A stretch of 64,000 nucleotides of DNA, taken from contig CAZGZR010000002.1 in NCBI GenBank assembly GCA_964529745.1, positions 1,682-65,681 of the forward strand. Reading direction: 5' to 3'. This document shows positions 29,998 to 39,481 of the stretch, in pieces. Position 1 is the first letter of the stretch. Each line of letters starts with the position of its first letter. The notes below the pieces were generated by a model. It ran no database searches. It saw only the letters and a program-made list of their open reading frames with translations, and was not told the DNA's origin. The translations under genes and the position numbers were made by a program. This stretch comes from an uncultured Candidatus Bathyarchaeia archaeon. Its GTDB lineage: Archaea > Thermoproteota > Bathyarchaeia > TCS64.

Positions 29998-30561
29998 TTA
30001 TTTCCTCCTTAAAAATAAAGGACTCCACTCCGATGATATTGAAAATGTTGAATTAGTTGGTTTAAGTGAAAAATCAAATAAAATATCTTCATATCTATTT
30101 TCTAATTCAATTTGAATATTTACAATTTCTTTTAAAGTATTTGATATGTTTTCAGGGTTAAATATGGTTAAAAAAGATACACCATCAGCATTTAATTTAC
30201 AATAAATTATTTGAACTGCTTCTATTCTTGAGGCTTTTTCTTTGTAATATATAATTGATTCATCTTTTTTTGATTCTTTTTTCCATAATAATCCCTTAAT
30301 TTCTTTTAATTCAATTAACATTGTATCGTATTTTGATTCCAATTCATTTATCTTTTTATCATATTGTGTTAATTTTTCTCCATTTGATATTTGAGGAACT
30401 TTTTTTGAAGTTGACAATAATTGAACTATTTGGTCAATAAAAAACAAAGTACGAGGTTCAGGTTCTTGGATTAAAAAATCAAGTATATCACTTTGAGATA
30501 ATCGTCTTTCAGAACGAAAATATTTTAAAACATCTTCAAGGTTCTCTTCACGTGAACTCAT
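29998..30561 (-). CDS. Hypothetical protein (AT-rich cassette gene 2; predicted coiled-coil)
   Basis: 187 aa, Lys/Glu-rich heptad-like segments (KKINELESKYDTMLIELKEIKGLLWKKESKK). Confidence 0.5.
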   Translation of the reverse strand: MSSREENLEDVLKYFRSERRLSQSDILDFLIQEPEPRTLFFIDQIVQLLSTSKKVPQISNGEKLTQYDKKINELESKYDTMLIELKEIKGLLWKKESKKDESIIYYKEKASRIEAVQIIYCKLNADGVSFLTIFNPENISNTLKEIVNIQIELENRYEDILFDFSLKPTNSTFSISSEWSPLFLRRK

Positions 30562-30562
30562 A

Positions 30563-31225
30563 TTATCCCCTTACTTTTAATGAGATATCATTTACTTCAG
30601 ACAAAGTTTGTTCTAATAATTGATCAATATCTATTGGCCCATCTAAGGAAAAATCTGTTTCATAATTAATCCTAAGTTCACCATCTTTTTCATTTGAATT
30701 ATATCTAGTAATTAATGAATCTTCATTTTTTTCAAGAGAAATACCTGAAAGATTATAACCCATATCAAATATACCAGGGCATTTATCTTTAGCAATATTA
30801 GTATATCTCAACTTAGAATTCGTGGATATTCGTAAAGTAAGTGATAAAATAATTTTATTATATGGAGTATTTGTTAACTCACTACCTAAACCCATAAGAT
30901 AGTTTGCATCAATACTAATAGAATTGTAATCGATTTTAGTAAAATCAGTTTTTTCAGTTTTTATAAATGGCGGTACATATGTACCAATGCGAATTGCTAT
31001 TGAATTGACATTAAAGTCGTATGAAACATTATTTCCTGAAATGGAATATCTTGGAACAATATCAAAAATTTCCATTATAGAATCACGCCTTTGATCAGGC
31101 GCTTTAATTTGAATTTTGGATATTGGCATTTCATCAATAATTCTTTTTACATAATTAGGTTCATGTTCTCTGAATTTTATTTTGATTTCAAAAATCTCAA
31201 CGTCGTTCTTTGAAAAGAGTGACAT
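30563..31225 (-). CDS. Hypothetical protein (AT-rich cassette gene 1)
   Basis: 220 aa. The stop is 1 nt from the start of the next gene. No recognisable motif. Confidence 0.5.
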   Translation of the reverse strand: MSLFSKNDVEIFEIKIKFREHEPNYVKRIIDEMPISKIQIKAPDQRRDSIMEIFDIVPRYSISGNNVSYDFNVNSIAIRIGTYVPPFIKTEKTDFTKIDYNSISIDANYLMGLGSELTNTPYNKIILSLTLRISTNSKLRYTNIAKDKCPGIFDMGYNLSGISLEKNEDSLITRYNSNEKDGELRINYETDFSLDGPIDIDQLLEQTLSEVNDISLKVRG

Positions 31226-31342
31226 TTTCGAAATATTTAGTAAGTTAATGAAAATATAAGTTTGATGGATACCATTTATTTATAACGACAACAAGGAGAA
31301 GATAAATAGTTAAAGGATTCAAGATATCCATTTTCAAGCAAA

Positions 31343-31792
31343 ATGAAATTTCTACCTAAAGAAGGAACCCTTCAACTGGTAATCGCGGGAATACCAAATA
31401 AATACAAGCCATTCTGTAAACTACTGCTTGAAGCTGGCCTGACCTCTCTTGAGGCTTGGCAACTGAAATGGAGCAGCATCAACTTCAAGACAGGACACTT
31501 CAACGTGACACCGACAAAAAAACCGTAATCCTCGGACACTACAGCTATCACAGAGCCTTTTCACATGATACAGCTTCAGAGAAGGCTTCAGAAAACACAG
31601 GATAAAGCTAGCAGAGGAGCTAGGCAAACCGGTGATACTGAAATACAGTCTCAAGACTTTCAGGACATTCTGTGTCACAAGCTGCATCTACAAGTTCAAC
31701 GACCCGTTCGATAAAGCTATGGCAGAAACCGAAATAACGGTGGGTGGTGCCTGTGATGCGGGGGTGGGGTTCGAACTCTCCTACTTGAAGTG
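31343..31792 (+). pseudogene. Tyrosine-integrase pseudogene (frameshifted C-terminal catalytic region) abutting att copy A
   Basis: Frame 2 encodes LTSLEAWQLKWSSINFKTGHFNV (box I-like) and stops after an A7 run at about 31519. Another frame continues ...LKTFRTFCVTSCIYKF... (degenerate box II) to 31792. Confidence 0.5.
31756..31775. repeat. att-like partial copy A of tRNA-Leu 3' end (tgcgggggtggggttcgaac)
   Basis: 19/20 identity to 31935-31955. It lies about 160 bp from the intact tRNA. Confidence 0.55.
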
Positions 31793-31931
31793 ATACCACC
31801 ACACTCTCTTTTTATCAATGTTTTTTCTCTCCATCCATGGTTGGGTAACCACTTCACCTGCCTAAAGTAACAAATCATTTATACGATACTCCATAAAAAA
31901 AACGAAAAGTTACCGCCCACCGTTACCAGCA

Positions 31932-32017
31932 TGGTGCGGGGGGTGGGGTTCGAACCCACGGAGGACTAGTCCATCAGGTCCTAAGCCTGACCCCTTTGGC
32001 CACTCGGGAACCCCCGC
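31932..32017 (-). tRNA. tRNA-Leu (anticodon TAG), class II with long variable arm, CCA encoded
   Basis: The minus strand reads GCGGGGG-TT-CCCG..GGG-T-CAGGC/TCAGG-CTTAGGA-CCTGA-long variable arm-GTGGG-TTCGAAC-CCCAC-CCCCCGC-A-CCA. Acceptor, anticodon and T stems all pair. Confidence 0.8.
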
Positions 32018-32061
32018 ACACGCCAATACATCCACGGCAACCAGATTAAAACATTACCCGG

Positions 32062-33378
32062 CTACACCAGATGAAACCCAGTCTGCCTCCCATCCACCAC
32101 CCGGCACCCATCCACCGTGAAAACCACGTCCTGCTCCAGCGCACACCTGAACGACTCCCCGCCCCACTCCGGCAGCGGCCCCTCCACCGACAGCTCCATC
32201 GTGAACGCGTAGTTGTACTCCAACGCCACGTCGCCCCGCCCCTCGTTCCGCTCCTGCTCCCAAGGCAAACCAATCAAAGGCCCCGGCTCATGCAACAGGT
32301 GCCCCAAGCCGTGGCTGTACACCCTCGGGCTGGGAATCCCCCTCCCCCGGGCGTCCTCCAGGATGCGGGCCAACAGCTCGTTCCCAGTCAGCCCCCTCTC
32401 GAACCCCGCCATATAACAGTCCTGCAGCCTGTTTCCCTCGGCCATGAGCCACCGGGCGCCCTCCGGGGCGTCCGTCTCCCCGGGCCTCAGCACGTAGCAC
32501 CACTCCTGATGGTCCGTTATGAGGCCCAGGTACTCTATCCCCACGTCGCACCGTACGAAGTCGCCGGGCCTGATCACGTCGTCGTCCTCGCCGTGCAGCT
32601 CCCGGGCCTCCGGGCCACGCACAACCGTGAAGAACGGGTTGAAAGCCACCTGTAGCCCCAGGTCGGCGCACCTCTGCCAGTAGTGCCACACCAGATCAGG
32701 GACGGTCGTCACCCCCGGCACTATCGCCTCGTCGCTGTAGCACTCCGCTATCAGCGCGTGGGCCACCCCCACCACGTGCTCGTACAGCGTCACCTCCATG
32801 TCGGTCAGCGTCGCCAGCCACCGGGTCGCGCACTCCTCGGCCGAGACCAGCCGGTCCACGTACATCCCCGGCAGCGCCTCCACCAGCTGCTTGTACAGGT
32901 TGTGGGTGAGCCCCCCGGCCGCCCACTGCACCGAGCCGACGTTGATCCCTATCCGCTCCGGGTCCCGTTCCTCCACGATGCCCCCGAGGAGCGTCCACTG
33001 CTCACCGTGGTGGCTCCGCCCCGGCCACGGCGTCTCGTACAGGCCCTTCGTGTCCGTGAAAGACAGGTTTATGCGCTCCACCCCCCGCTCTGGTCCCCTG
33101 TCGTAGAAGACCAGCATCTGGAGTATGGGGCACCACGTCTCCATGGGTATCATGGTCTCGTAGACGGGGTCCAGGTCGTCCTCCTGGCAGACGATGAGCC
33201 ACATGTCCAGGCCCGCCTCCCTCATGGCGACGTGGAGCACCGTGTCGAGCCTCTCGGCGAGCACTCGGTCCATCATATGGGACCGCTCACGCATGGACAA
33301 TACCCTGGGGAACCCGTCTGATGCATTTCCAGCCATGAGAGGAAAACCGTCATCCACAAACAATAGCTTAACGGTCAC
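32062..33378 (-). CDS. M24-family metallopeptidase (Xaa-Pro aminopeptidase/prolidase-like) with N-terminal creatinase-like domain
   Basis: SHGLGHLLHEPGP (HGxGHxxHE), with Asp/Glu ligands upstream. Confidence 0.8.
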   Translation of the reverse strand: MTVKLLFVDDGFPLMAGNASDGFPRVLSMRERSHMMDRVLAERLDTVLHVAMREAGLDMWLIVCQEDDLDPVYETMIPMETWCPILQMLVFYDRGPERGVERINLSFTDTKGLYETPWPGRSHHGEQWTLLGGIVEERDPERIGINVGSVQWAAGGLTHNLYKQLVEALPGMYVDRLVSAEECATRWLATLTDMEVTLYEHVVGVAHALIAECYSDEAIVPGVTTVPDLVWHYWQRCADLGLQVAFNPFFTVVRGPEARELHGEDDDVIRPGDFVRCDVGIEYLGLITDHQEWCYVLRPGETDAPEGARWLMAEGNRLQDCYMAGFERGLTGNELLARILEDARGRGIPSPRVYSHGLGHLLHEPGPLIGLPWEQERNEGRGDVALEYNYAFTMELSVEGPLPEWGGESFRCALEQDVVFTVDGCRVVDGRQTGFHLV

Positions 33379-33392
33379 AGCAGACGGGCGAG

Positions 33393-33788
33393 CTACGGTC
33401 CCTCCGTCTCCCTGGGCTCGGCTCTCTCCCTCAGCTTCTCCTCGATCACAGCCAGCAACTCGTTCATGTCCACAGGCTTCAACAGGAGGGAATCCACGCC
33501 GAGGCCCTCCAACGCGTTCCCCGGGTAACGGAAGCCAGTGAGCATGACCTTCACGGCCCCGGGGCTCAGCTCGCTCACACGTCTCGACAGCTCCAAACCG
33601 GAGGCGTCGGGCAGCCTGTAATCGAAGACCACGACGTTGTACGCGTGTTCACCGAGCTTCGCCTCGGCCTCCCGTCCGCTGGCCGCCGAGTCCAGCACGT
33701 AGCCCTTCCTCTCGAGGAAGAGGGTGAACGTTCTGACGATGTCCTTCTCGTCGTCCACTAGAAGAACCCGGCGCCCAGCCTCGTCCAT
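33393..33788 (-). CDS. Stand-alone CheY-like response regulator receiver protein
   Basis: VLLVDDEKDI...DYRLPDASGLEL...VKVMLTGF. The ATG at 33788 is preferred over the extended ORF. Confidence 0.7.
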   Translation of the reverse strand: MDEAGRRVLLVDDEKDIVRTFTLFLERKGYVLDSAASGREAEAKLGEHAYNVVVFDYRLPDASGLELSRRVSELSPGAVKVMLTGFRYPGNALEGLGVDSLLLKPVDMNELLAVIEEKLRERAEPRETEGP

Positions 33789-33912
33789 GCTTCTACTCCC
33801 CGAGTTTATACCTGTATTGAAAACGAAATCATTTATATCTTGTTCAGGGTCACCCCTGTTCTCCTCGCGGCACCTACACATTTATTATCCACGTGTAAGC
33901 CCTGAACCGCGT

Positions 33913-35118
33913 ATGAGCGAGCTGGACGAGGAGCCCCTGCAGACGACGCCGGCGCTGATGGCGACGGGGTTCACCATGATGTTCAGCGACAGCCTCAACA
34001 ACAGGTTCAACAACCTCCTCGTAGCAGCGGCGGGCGCCACCGTCAACCAGATGGGCTTCCTCCAGGGCGCCAAGAGCCTCAGCGGCAACATACTCCAGCT
34101 CGTCTTCGGCAGGCTCGTGGACAGGTACGGCAAGAAACGATTCATAGCCGCGGGCCGCCTCCTCAACGCCGGCGCCATAGCCGCGCTGCTGGTTTTCGAC
34201 GCCCCCATGACGCTCATATGGCTGGTGATACTGAGCAGCTTCTTCTACAGCATGACGGCGCCGTCATGGAACAGCCTCCTAGGGGACTACACCACCGACC
34301 GCACCAGAGGCGTCACCATAGGGCTCATCAACAGCGTCAGCCAGATGGGCAGCTTCATAGCCATGATAATAGCCTTCGCCCTGAGCATAACCGAGCCGGG
34401 CGAGACCACGCAGGAGAGCTTCGCCATGGTCCTCGCTTTGGCGGCTGCCACCAGCCTCCTAGGCGGCGTCCTCATGCTCTTCACGGAGGAGAAACCCCCT
34501 AGGGGAGCCAGCAAGAGGCTGGAGCTCAACAGGCTCTTGAACGATCCTAGGCTCACCCGCTACCTGGCGCTCAACTTCGTGTACGGCGTGGGCATGAGCT
34601 TCGCGTGGCCCCTCTTCCCCATGGTCATCACCCACAGGCTCCGCATGAAGGTGTGGCAGATAAGCACCCTCAGCATCGCCGGCAGCCTCATGAGCACCCT
34701 CACCCAGAGGAGGCTGGGCGCCTTCATGGACAGGATCGGCAGGAAGCCCATCATAGTCATGAGCCGAGTCTCCATGGCCGTGGCCCCCGTCGCCTACGCC
34801 CTATCCACCCAGTGGTGGCACGTGGCGCTGGCCGAGCTGTTCCTCGGCATCGGCATGGCGGCGTGGATGAGCAGCGAGTCCACCTACGTCATAGACCTGG
34901 CGCCGGGGGACCTCAGGGCCACGTACCTCGCAAGCAGCACCACGGCGTTCGGCGTCGCCTGCTTCCTAGGAAGCAACGTGAGCGGCTACGTCATCGACGC
35001 CTACCTCGGCGGCCTGGAGGGGCTGAGCGCCGGCCTCTACTTCTCCGCGGCACTAAGGCTGGTGTTCGGGCTGGCCTACCTCACCGCCCATGAGTCCGTG
35101 AGGCGGGGGCAAGAGTAA
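33913..35118 (+). CDS. MFS-family transporter
   Basis: 12 predicted TM helices, with a GRLVDRYGKKR MFS loop motif. The ATG at 33913 is chosen; the ORF's 5' extension overlaps the divergent regulator. Confidence 0.75.
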   Translation: MSELDEEPLQTTPALMATGFTMMFSDSLNNRFNNLLVAAAGATVNQMGFLQGAKSLSGNILQLVFGRLVDRYGKKRFIAAGRLLNAGAIAALLVFDAPMTLIWLVILSSFFYSMTAPSWNSLLGDYTTDRTRGVTIGLINSVSQMGSFIAMIIAFALSITEPGETTQESFAMVLALAAATSLLGGVLMLFTEEKPPRGASKRLELNRLLNDPRLTRYLALNFVYGVGMSFAWPLFPMVITHRLRMKVWQISTLSIAGSLMSTLTQRRLGAFMDRIGRKPIIVMSRVSMAVAPVAYALSTQWWHVALAELFLGIGMAAWMSSESTYVIDLAPGDLRATYLASSTTAFGVACFLGSNVSGYVIDAYLGGLEGLSAGLYFSAALRLVFGLAYLTAHESVRRGQE

Positions 35119-35153
35119 AAAACCGAGCTGCCTATTCCGTTAACGGTGAAAGA

Positions 35154-35789
35154 ATGGAGATTAAATGGCTTGGACACGCCTCGTTCAAGATAAAGACAGG
35201 CGGCAAGACCATCTACATCGACCCCTACGAGGGAGAGTACGACGAGAAGGCCGACCTGGTGCTGTGCACCCACCACCACGACGACCACTGCAAACCCGAC
35301 AAGATAAGGAGGGTGATGGGCGACGACACCGTGATAGTGGCCACCCCGGAGTGCGGCAGGAAGCTAGGCTTGCCCGTGAAGACCCTGAAGCCGGGGGAGT
35401 CGGCCAGATTCGGCGACATCACCGTGGAGGCCGTGGAGGCGTACAACTACAAACGGTTCAGGAGCCCCGGCCAGCCGTTCCACCCCAAGGGCGTAGGCGT
35501 GGGCTACCTCGTGAAGGCCGAGGGCAAGACCGTCTACCACGCGGGAGACACCGACTTCATAGACGAGATGAAGAACCTCAAGGACATAGACGTGATGCTC
35601 GTGCCTAGCGGCGGCACCTACACCATGGACAACCCGGAGGCCGCCGAGGCCACCATCGCGGTCAACCCCAAGATTGCGGTGCCCATGCACATCTGGGACA
35701 CCGACCCCACAGGGTACAAGAAGAAGGTCGAGGCCGGGAGCAGCACGAAGGTCCATATCATGAAGCCGGGGGAGACCCTGAAGATCTAA
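35154..35789 (+). CDS. MBL-fold metallo-hydrolase
   Basis: LCTHHHDDHC (HxHxDH) motif, 211 aa. Confidence 0.8.
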   Translation: MEIKWLGHASFKIKTGGKTIYIDPYEGEYDEKADLVLCTHHHDDHCKPDKIRRVMGDDTVIVATPECGRKLGLPVKTLKPGESARFGDITVEAVEAYNYKRFRSPGQPFHPKGVGVGYLVKAEGKTVYHAGDTDFIDEMKNLKDIDVMLVPSGGTYTMDNPEAAEATIAVNPKIAVPMHIWDTDPTGYKKKVEAGSSTKVHIMKPGETLKI

Positions 35790-35856
35790 CCCCTTTTTTA
35801 AGAGTAAACATCTCTCTCAGGCGGGCGTCCCTGAACCCACCATTTAGATGATCCGT

Positions 35857-36396
35857 TTAACCGATTCCCATGGAGACGTGTTCCTCGAAGACACGGCGCC
35901 TCACGACCCTGTAGGCGGGGTAGTAGGCTTCACGGTACTCGGACGAGTGGTGTCGCGGCGCCGGCTCCCCAGCCTTGAGCTCCTCGTCGTACCTGCGGAT
36001 GGCCTCCCTGTCCAGCCCCAGGTGCTCCTCCTCCGCGAGCTCCTTGAAAAGCCCCCACAGCGCCATGAACTCCCCGGGGTCGCCCTTCACGGCAGAGGAC
36101 TCCTTCATGGCCTCGAAGAGCTGCTCAAGGCTGCCGCCACATCTCAAGTATGGCCTGAGGTTCACCCTCACCGTCTCCCCGTCCACCGAAACAGGCTCAA
36201 CCAGGGGCTCCCACGGATGATCCCGCAGGTCGATCCTTCCCGCCTCCTCCAGCAGCCTCCCATAGGCGTCCTCCCCCATTATGTGGCCCACCCCGAAGAC
36301 ACCCTGATAAAGGAGCTTGTAAACGTCCTTGACGCGCATCCTAGGCCGCGTCTCAAGGTGCTTGAGCAGGAACTCTCTGAAATCTTCCCTACCCAT
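35857..36396 (-). CDS. Hypothetical protein
   Basis: 179 aa, clean ORF, 22 nt downstream of the Fe-S protein gene on the same strand. Confidence 0.45.
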   Translation of the reverse strand: MGREDFREFLLKHLETRPRMRVKDVYKLLYQGVFGVGHIMGEDAYGRLLEEAGRIDLRDHPWEPLVEPVSVDGETVRVNLRPYLRCGGSLEQLFEAMKESSAVKGDPGEFMALWGLFKELAEEEHLGLDREAIRRYDEELKAGEPAPRHHSSEYREAYYPAYRVVRRRVFEEHVSMGIG

Positions 36397-36418
36397 TCTA
36401 TCAACTCAGTTATGCATT

Positions 36419-37093
36419 TCAGCGCCGCTGAGCCCTTGGCACCAGCTTTATCGAGTCTGTGGGGCACGTGGACACGCATAATCCGCACCCGAAGCAGTTG
36501 GAGGCGTCGTAGACCAGCTCATGGTCATTCATATTTCTTGCGTTGAAGACGCATCGGTCTACACATACGCCGCAGTGGTTGCAGCTCCCCGCGTCGTCCT
36601 CCGCGACGTAGCTGGAAGTGAGCACCTGCGTAGATATGCCGAATCGCAGCAGGCCGCCCAGCGTGTGGCAGCAGCAGGGGCAGCAGCTACAGATAACCGT
36701 CGGCCGGGCGTCGCCCTTCATGGTGTAAGCCATGTGTACCAGCCCAGCCTCGTGGCTCGCCTCAAGCGCCTCAATGGCCTCCTCTAGGCTCACCTCCTGT
36801 GGGTGGTACTCCTCAAACAAGACTGACTCCTCGGCGGCCTCGTCTATGCTCAGACAGACCCTGGTGGGGGAGCTGCAGTTACCGTACTCGGTCCTGCAGC
36901 CGCAGTCCTGTAGGACTATCCTCTCTGCGCCTCCCAGTAATTCCCTCATCTCGCCTAGATCGTATACCCTGTGCTCGGCCTCGACCATGACGTTCACGGG
37001 GACTGTGACGGCTCTCTCCAAGTCCTCCGCTAGCTCCCTCAGCCTGTCCTCCGTGTAGTCGTTGGGGTACCTCCGCCCCATCGTCAACGGCAT
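36419..37093 (-). CDS. Cys-rich iron-sulfur protein: C-terminal 2x[4Fe-4S] ferredoxin domain plus an unusual CSCCPCCCH cluster
   Basis: CNHCGVCVDRC and CFGCGLCVSTCP ferredoxin motifs. Upstream are CGC, CSSPTRVC and ICSCCPCCCHTLGG. Confidence 0.6.
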   Translation of the reverse strand: MPLTMGRRYPNDYTEDRLRELAEDLERAVTVPVNVMVEAEHRVYDLGEMRELLGGAERIVLQDCGCRTEYGNCSSPTRVCLSIDEAAEESVLFEEYHPQEVSLEEAIEALEASHEAGLVHMAYTMKGDARPTVICSCCPCCCHTLGGLLRFGISTQVLTSSYVAEDDAGSCNHCGVCVDRCVFNARNMNDHELVYDASNCFGCGLCVSTCPTDSIKLVPRAQRR

Positions 37094-37300
37094 ACAGGGA
37101 CATCACCCGTGGACTGATTTAAGGCTTATAACGGGTTAGCTTGGAACTGGCGCCTTCAATAAAACATAAATAAACAAGAGACATTCATCAGGTATATCCT
37201 CATGAGTGAGAAGAGAGGGCGACTTGGTGATAACAGACATAACCGATTTTTCCCTCATAGACTCGCCGTGACGAATACGCATCAGGAGACGGAAACAGAA

Positions 37301-38035
37301 ATGTCCGAATATGAACAGGCGCGGGTTTCGACGGGAGTATCAGGGCTCGACGACATGCTTGGCGGAGGTTTGCCGGAGGAAGACATCTTACTGGTCAGTG
37401 GAGGCCCGGGCACGGGTAAGACCATAATGTCGCTCCAGTACATCAACCAGGCGGTGGACAGAGGCGAGCCATGCGTCTACATATCCTTCGAGGAGTCGAT
37501 GAAGAAGAAGATCGAGTACGCCAAGGGCTTCGGCTGGGACCTCCAGGGGGCCATAGACGACGACATGCTGGACGTCCTCGACATATACATGATCCCCCAG
37601 TCCCAGGGCTTCGTAGACCTCTACGAGCGCGTGCGGGGGAAGCTCCAGTTCACGTTGGAGAAGGAGATCGAGAACCTGGTGAAGAGGATCGACGCCAAAC
37701 ACGTGCTGGTGGACCCGTTGACGAGCATACTGGTCCACGAGCACAGGTCAGACAAGAAGAGATACATAATAGGCCAGCTTTTCGACCAGATACGGCAGCT
37801 GGGATGCTCCGCGGTGATAGTTAACGAAGGGCTGCCCAAGGACAACGATTTCTACATGGAGCACTTCCTTGCCGACGCCGTGATCCTACTCCAGAAGGAG
37901 GTAATCGACTTCAAGCTCATCAAGACCTTGATAATAGACAAGGTTCGAGGCATAAACTTCGACGAACAGCCCCGAAGATACATAATCACAAACCGCGGGA
38001 TGCAGGTGTTCAACGCGGAACCGGTTACGTTGTGA
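37301..38035 (+). CDS. KaiC-like single-domain RecA-superfamily ATPase
   Basis: GVSGLDDMLGGGLPEEDILLVSGGPGTGKT Walker A, YISFEES (the KaiC ISxEE motif), Walker B HVLVDPLT. Start at ATG 37301. Confidence 0.75.
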   Translation: MSEYEQARVSTGVSGLDDMLGGGLPEEDILLVSGGPGTGKTIMSLQYINQAVDRGEPCVYISFEESMKKKIEYAKGFGWDLQGAIDDDMLDVLDIYMIPQSQGFVDLYERVRGKLQFTLEKEIENLVKRIDAKHVLVDPLTSILVHEHRSDKKRYIIGQLFDQIRQLGCSAVIVNEGLPKDNDFYMEHFLADAVILLQKEVIDFKLIKTLIIDKVRGINFDEQPRRYIITNRGMQVFNAEPVTL

Positions 38036-38045
38036 GTGTGAAGCC

Positions 38046-39476
38046 ATGGCTCAGTTTGTTATCCGCGCCGCGAAGCCACTGATAAAGTGGTATGCCCTCG
38101 GCTTCCTGGATGAGAGGAACGTGAGCGCCAGGGAAGAGGCTCTCATAAAGAAGAAAATCAAGAGGGTGGCCAGGTCCGGCTTAGGGAAGAAGCTTGAGGT
38201 GGAGCAGAGCACCAGGATAGAAGACATTCCTTTAACAGGCTACGACTACTACCTGCCCTTCTTCAGGAACCCACGTGAAGGCGACTTCATTTACCCGTTA
38301 GACGACTATGTCCGCTCTCAGACAAGCGGAACCATGGGAAAGCCCAAGATATTCTTAAACCCGAAGACGGGGGTCATGGAGAACCTGAAGAGATCGGTCA
38401 TAAGCCTCATGTTCATCTGCACCCATGACGGCACAAGGCCGCTTCTAGAGATGGGGGACACCATATACGCGAACCTTCCCGGCGGGGCTTTCATAGGGGG
38501 CCAGATAACCTCAAACATGAGGGGCAGCCAGTCCTCGTTCATCAAGATGGTTCCCGAGGACGCCGACAACATGACCTTCAAGAAGAAGGTTGACTACTTC
38601 GTGGAGAACCATGAAAAAATAGACATGGCTTACATGACCGTAACAACTTTCCTAGACGAGATATGCCCCCAGGTAGACGAGGAGATATACCTCAAGGGGT
38701 TCCTGACACAGGATATCTCAGCTGGGCCCTTGAAGGAAAAGATGAAGGCGAAGAGCGGACACTACCCCAAGACTGTTTTCGGATCTACGGAGACGTTCCT
38801 CTCGGGGCTTCCGTCGGTGGAGTACCCCGGCTCGTTCTTCTTCGACTGGAGGGTGGTGTACCACGAGTTCATCCCAGAAGACCAGACAGTCGATCCGAAC
38901 ATCGTAACCTTAGCCGAACCCCCTGAGACCATCGGCATGATGGACGTAGAGCCGGGTAAAAGGTACCAGCTTGTGGTGACCCCCATCTACAGCGATCTCA
39001 CCAGATACGTGATGCCGGACATATTCGAGTGCGTCTCCAAGGGGGACAACCTGTTGGGCTCCAACATCCCGGTCTTCAAGTATTATTCGAGGGCGGACAG
39101 GCTGCTGGTTCTCCACAACTTCACGCGGATAAACGAGGAGGAGATGGTCTCCATCCTCAACGACGCCGAAATCCCGTTCGTCGACTTCACGGCCAGGAGA
39201 GAGCTTCACGAGTCACGTGAGTTTCTGTCGCTCTACATCGAGCTGTCGGAGACGATGAGCGAGGACGAGGTGCTTGACAGGGTGAACAGAAGGCTCATCG
39301 AGTTTGACAAAGACTGGAGAGACCTGAGCGACTTCATGAACTACACGCCTCTGAAGGTCACGTTTCTCCCCAAAGACACCTTCAAGAAGTACCTTCACGG
39401 CAAGGAAGGAATGGCCCGCATCCAGAGGATCGGCATGCGCGAGGAAAGGTTCAACGAGCTGTTGAGCCATACATAA
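38046..39476 (+). CDS. GH3-family (auxin-responsive GH3-like) adenylate-forming acyl-acid amido synthetase homolog
   Basis: SQTSGTMGKPK matches GH3 motif I (SSGTSxGxxK). Length 476 aa and the C-terminal domain fit the ANL/GH3 fold. Confidence 0.65.
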   Translation: MAQFVIRAAKPLIKWYALGFLDERNVSAREEALIKKKIKRVARSGLGKKLEVEQSTRIEDIPLTGYDYYLPFFRNPREGDFIYPLDDYVRSQTSGTMGKPKIFLNPKTGVMENLKRSVISLMFICTHDGTRPLLEMGDTIYANLPGGAFIGGQITSNMRGSQSSFIKMVPEDADNMTFKKKVDYFVENHEKIDMAYMTVTTFLDEICPQVDEEIYLKGFLTQDISAGPLKEKMKAKSGHYPKTVFGSTETFLSGLPSVEYPGSFFFDWRVVYHEFIPEDQTVDPNIVTLAEPPETIGMMDVEPGKRYQLVVTPIYSDLTRYVMPDIFECVSKGDNLLGSNIPVFKYYSRADRLLVLHNFTRINEEEMVSILNDAEIPFVDFTARRELHESREFLSLYIELSETMSEDEVLDRVNRRLIEFDKDWRDLSDFMNYTPLKVTFLPKDTFKKYLHGKEGMARIQRIGMREERFNELLSHT

Positions 39477-39481
39477 ACCGT

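Noticed and set aside
32071-33321. Multiple plus-strand ORFs (194 aa, 212 aa, etc.) across the M24 peptidase locus
   Set aside because: They are antisense to the M24 peptidase, which has the HGxGHxxHE motif. They are Pro/Arg/His-rich.
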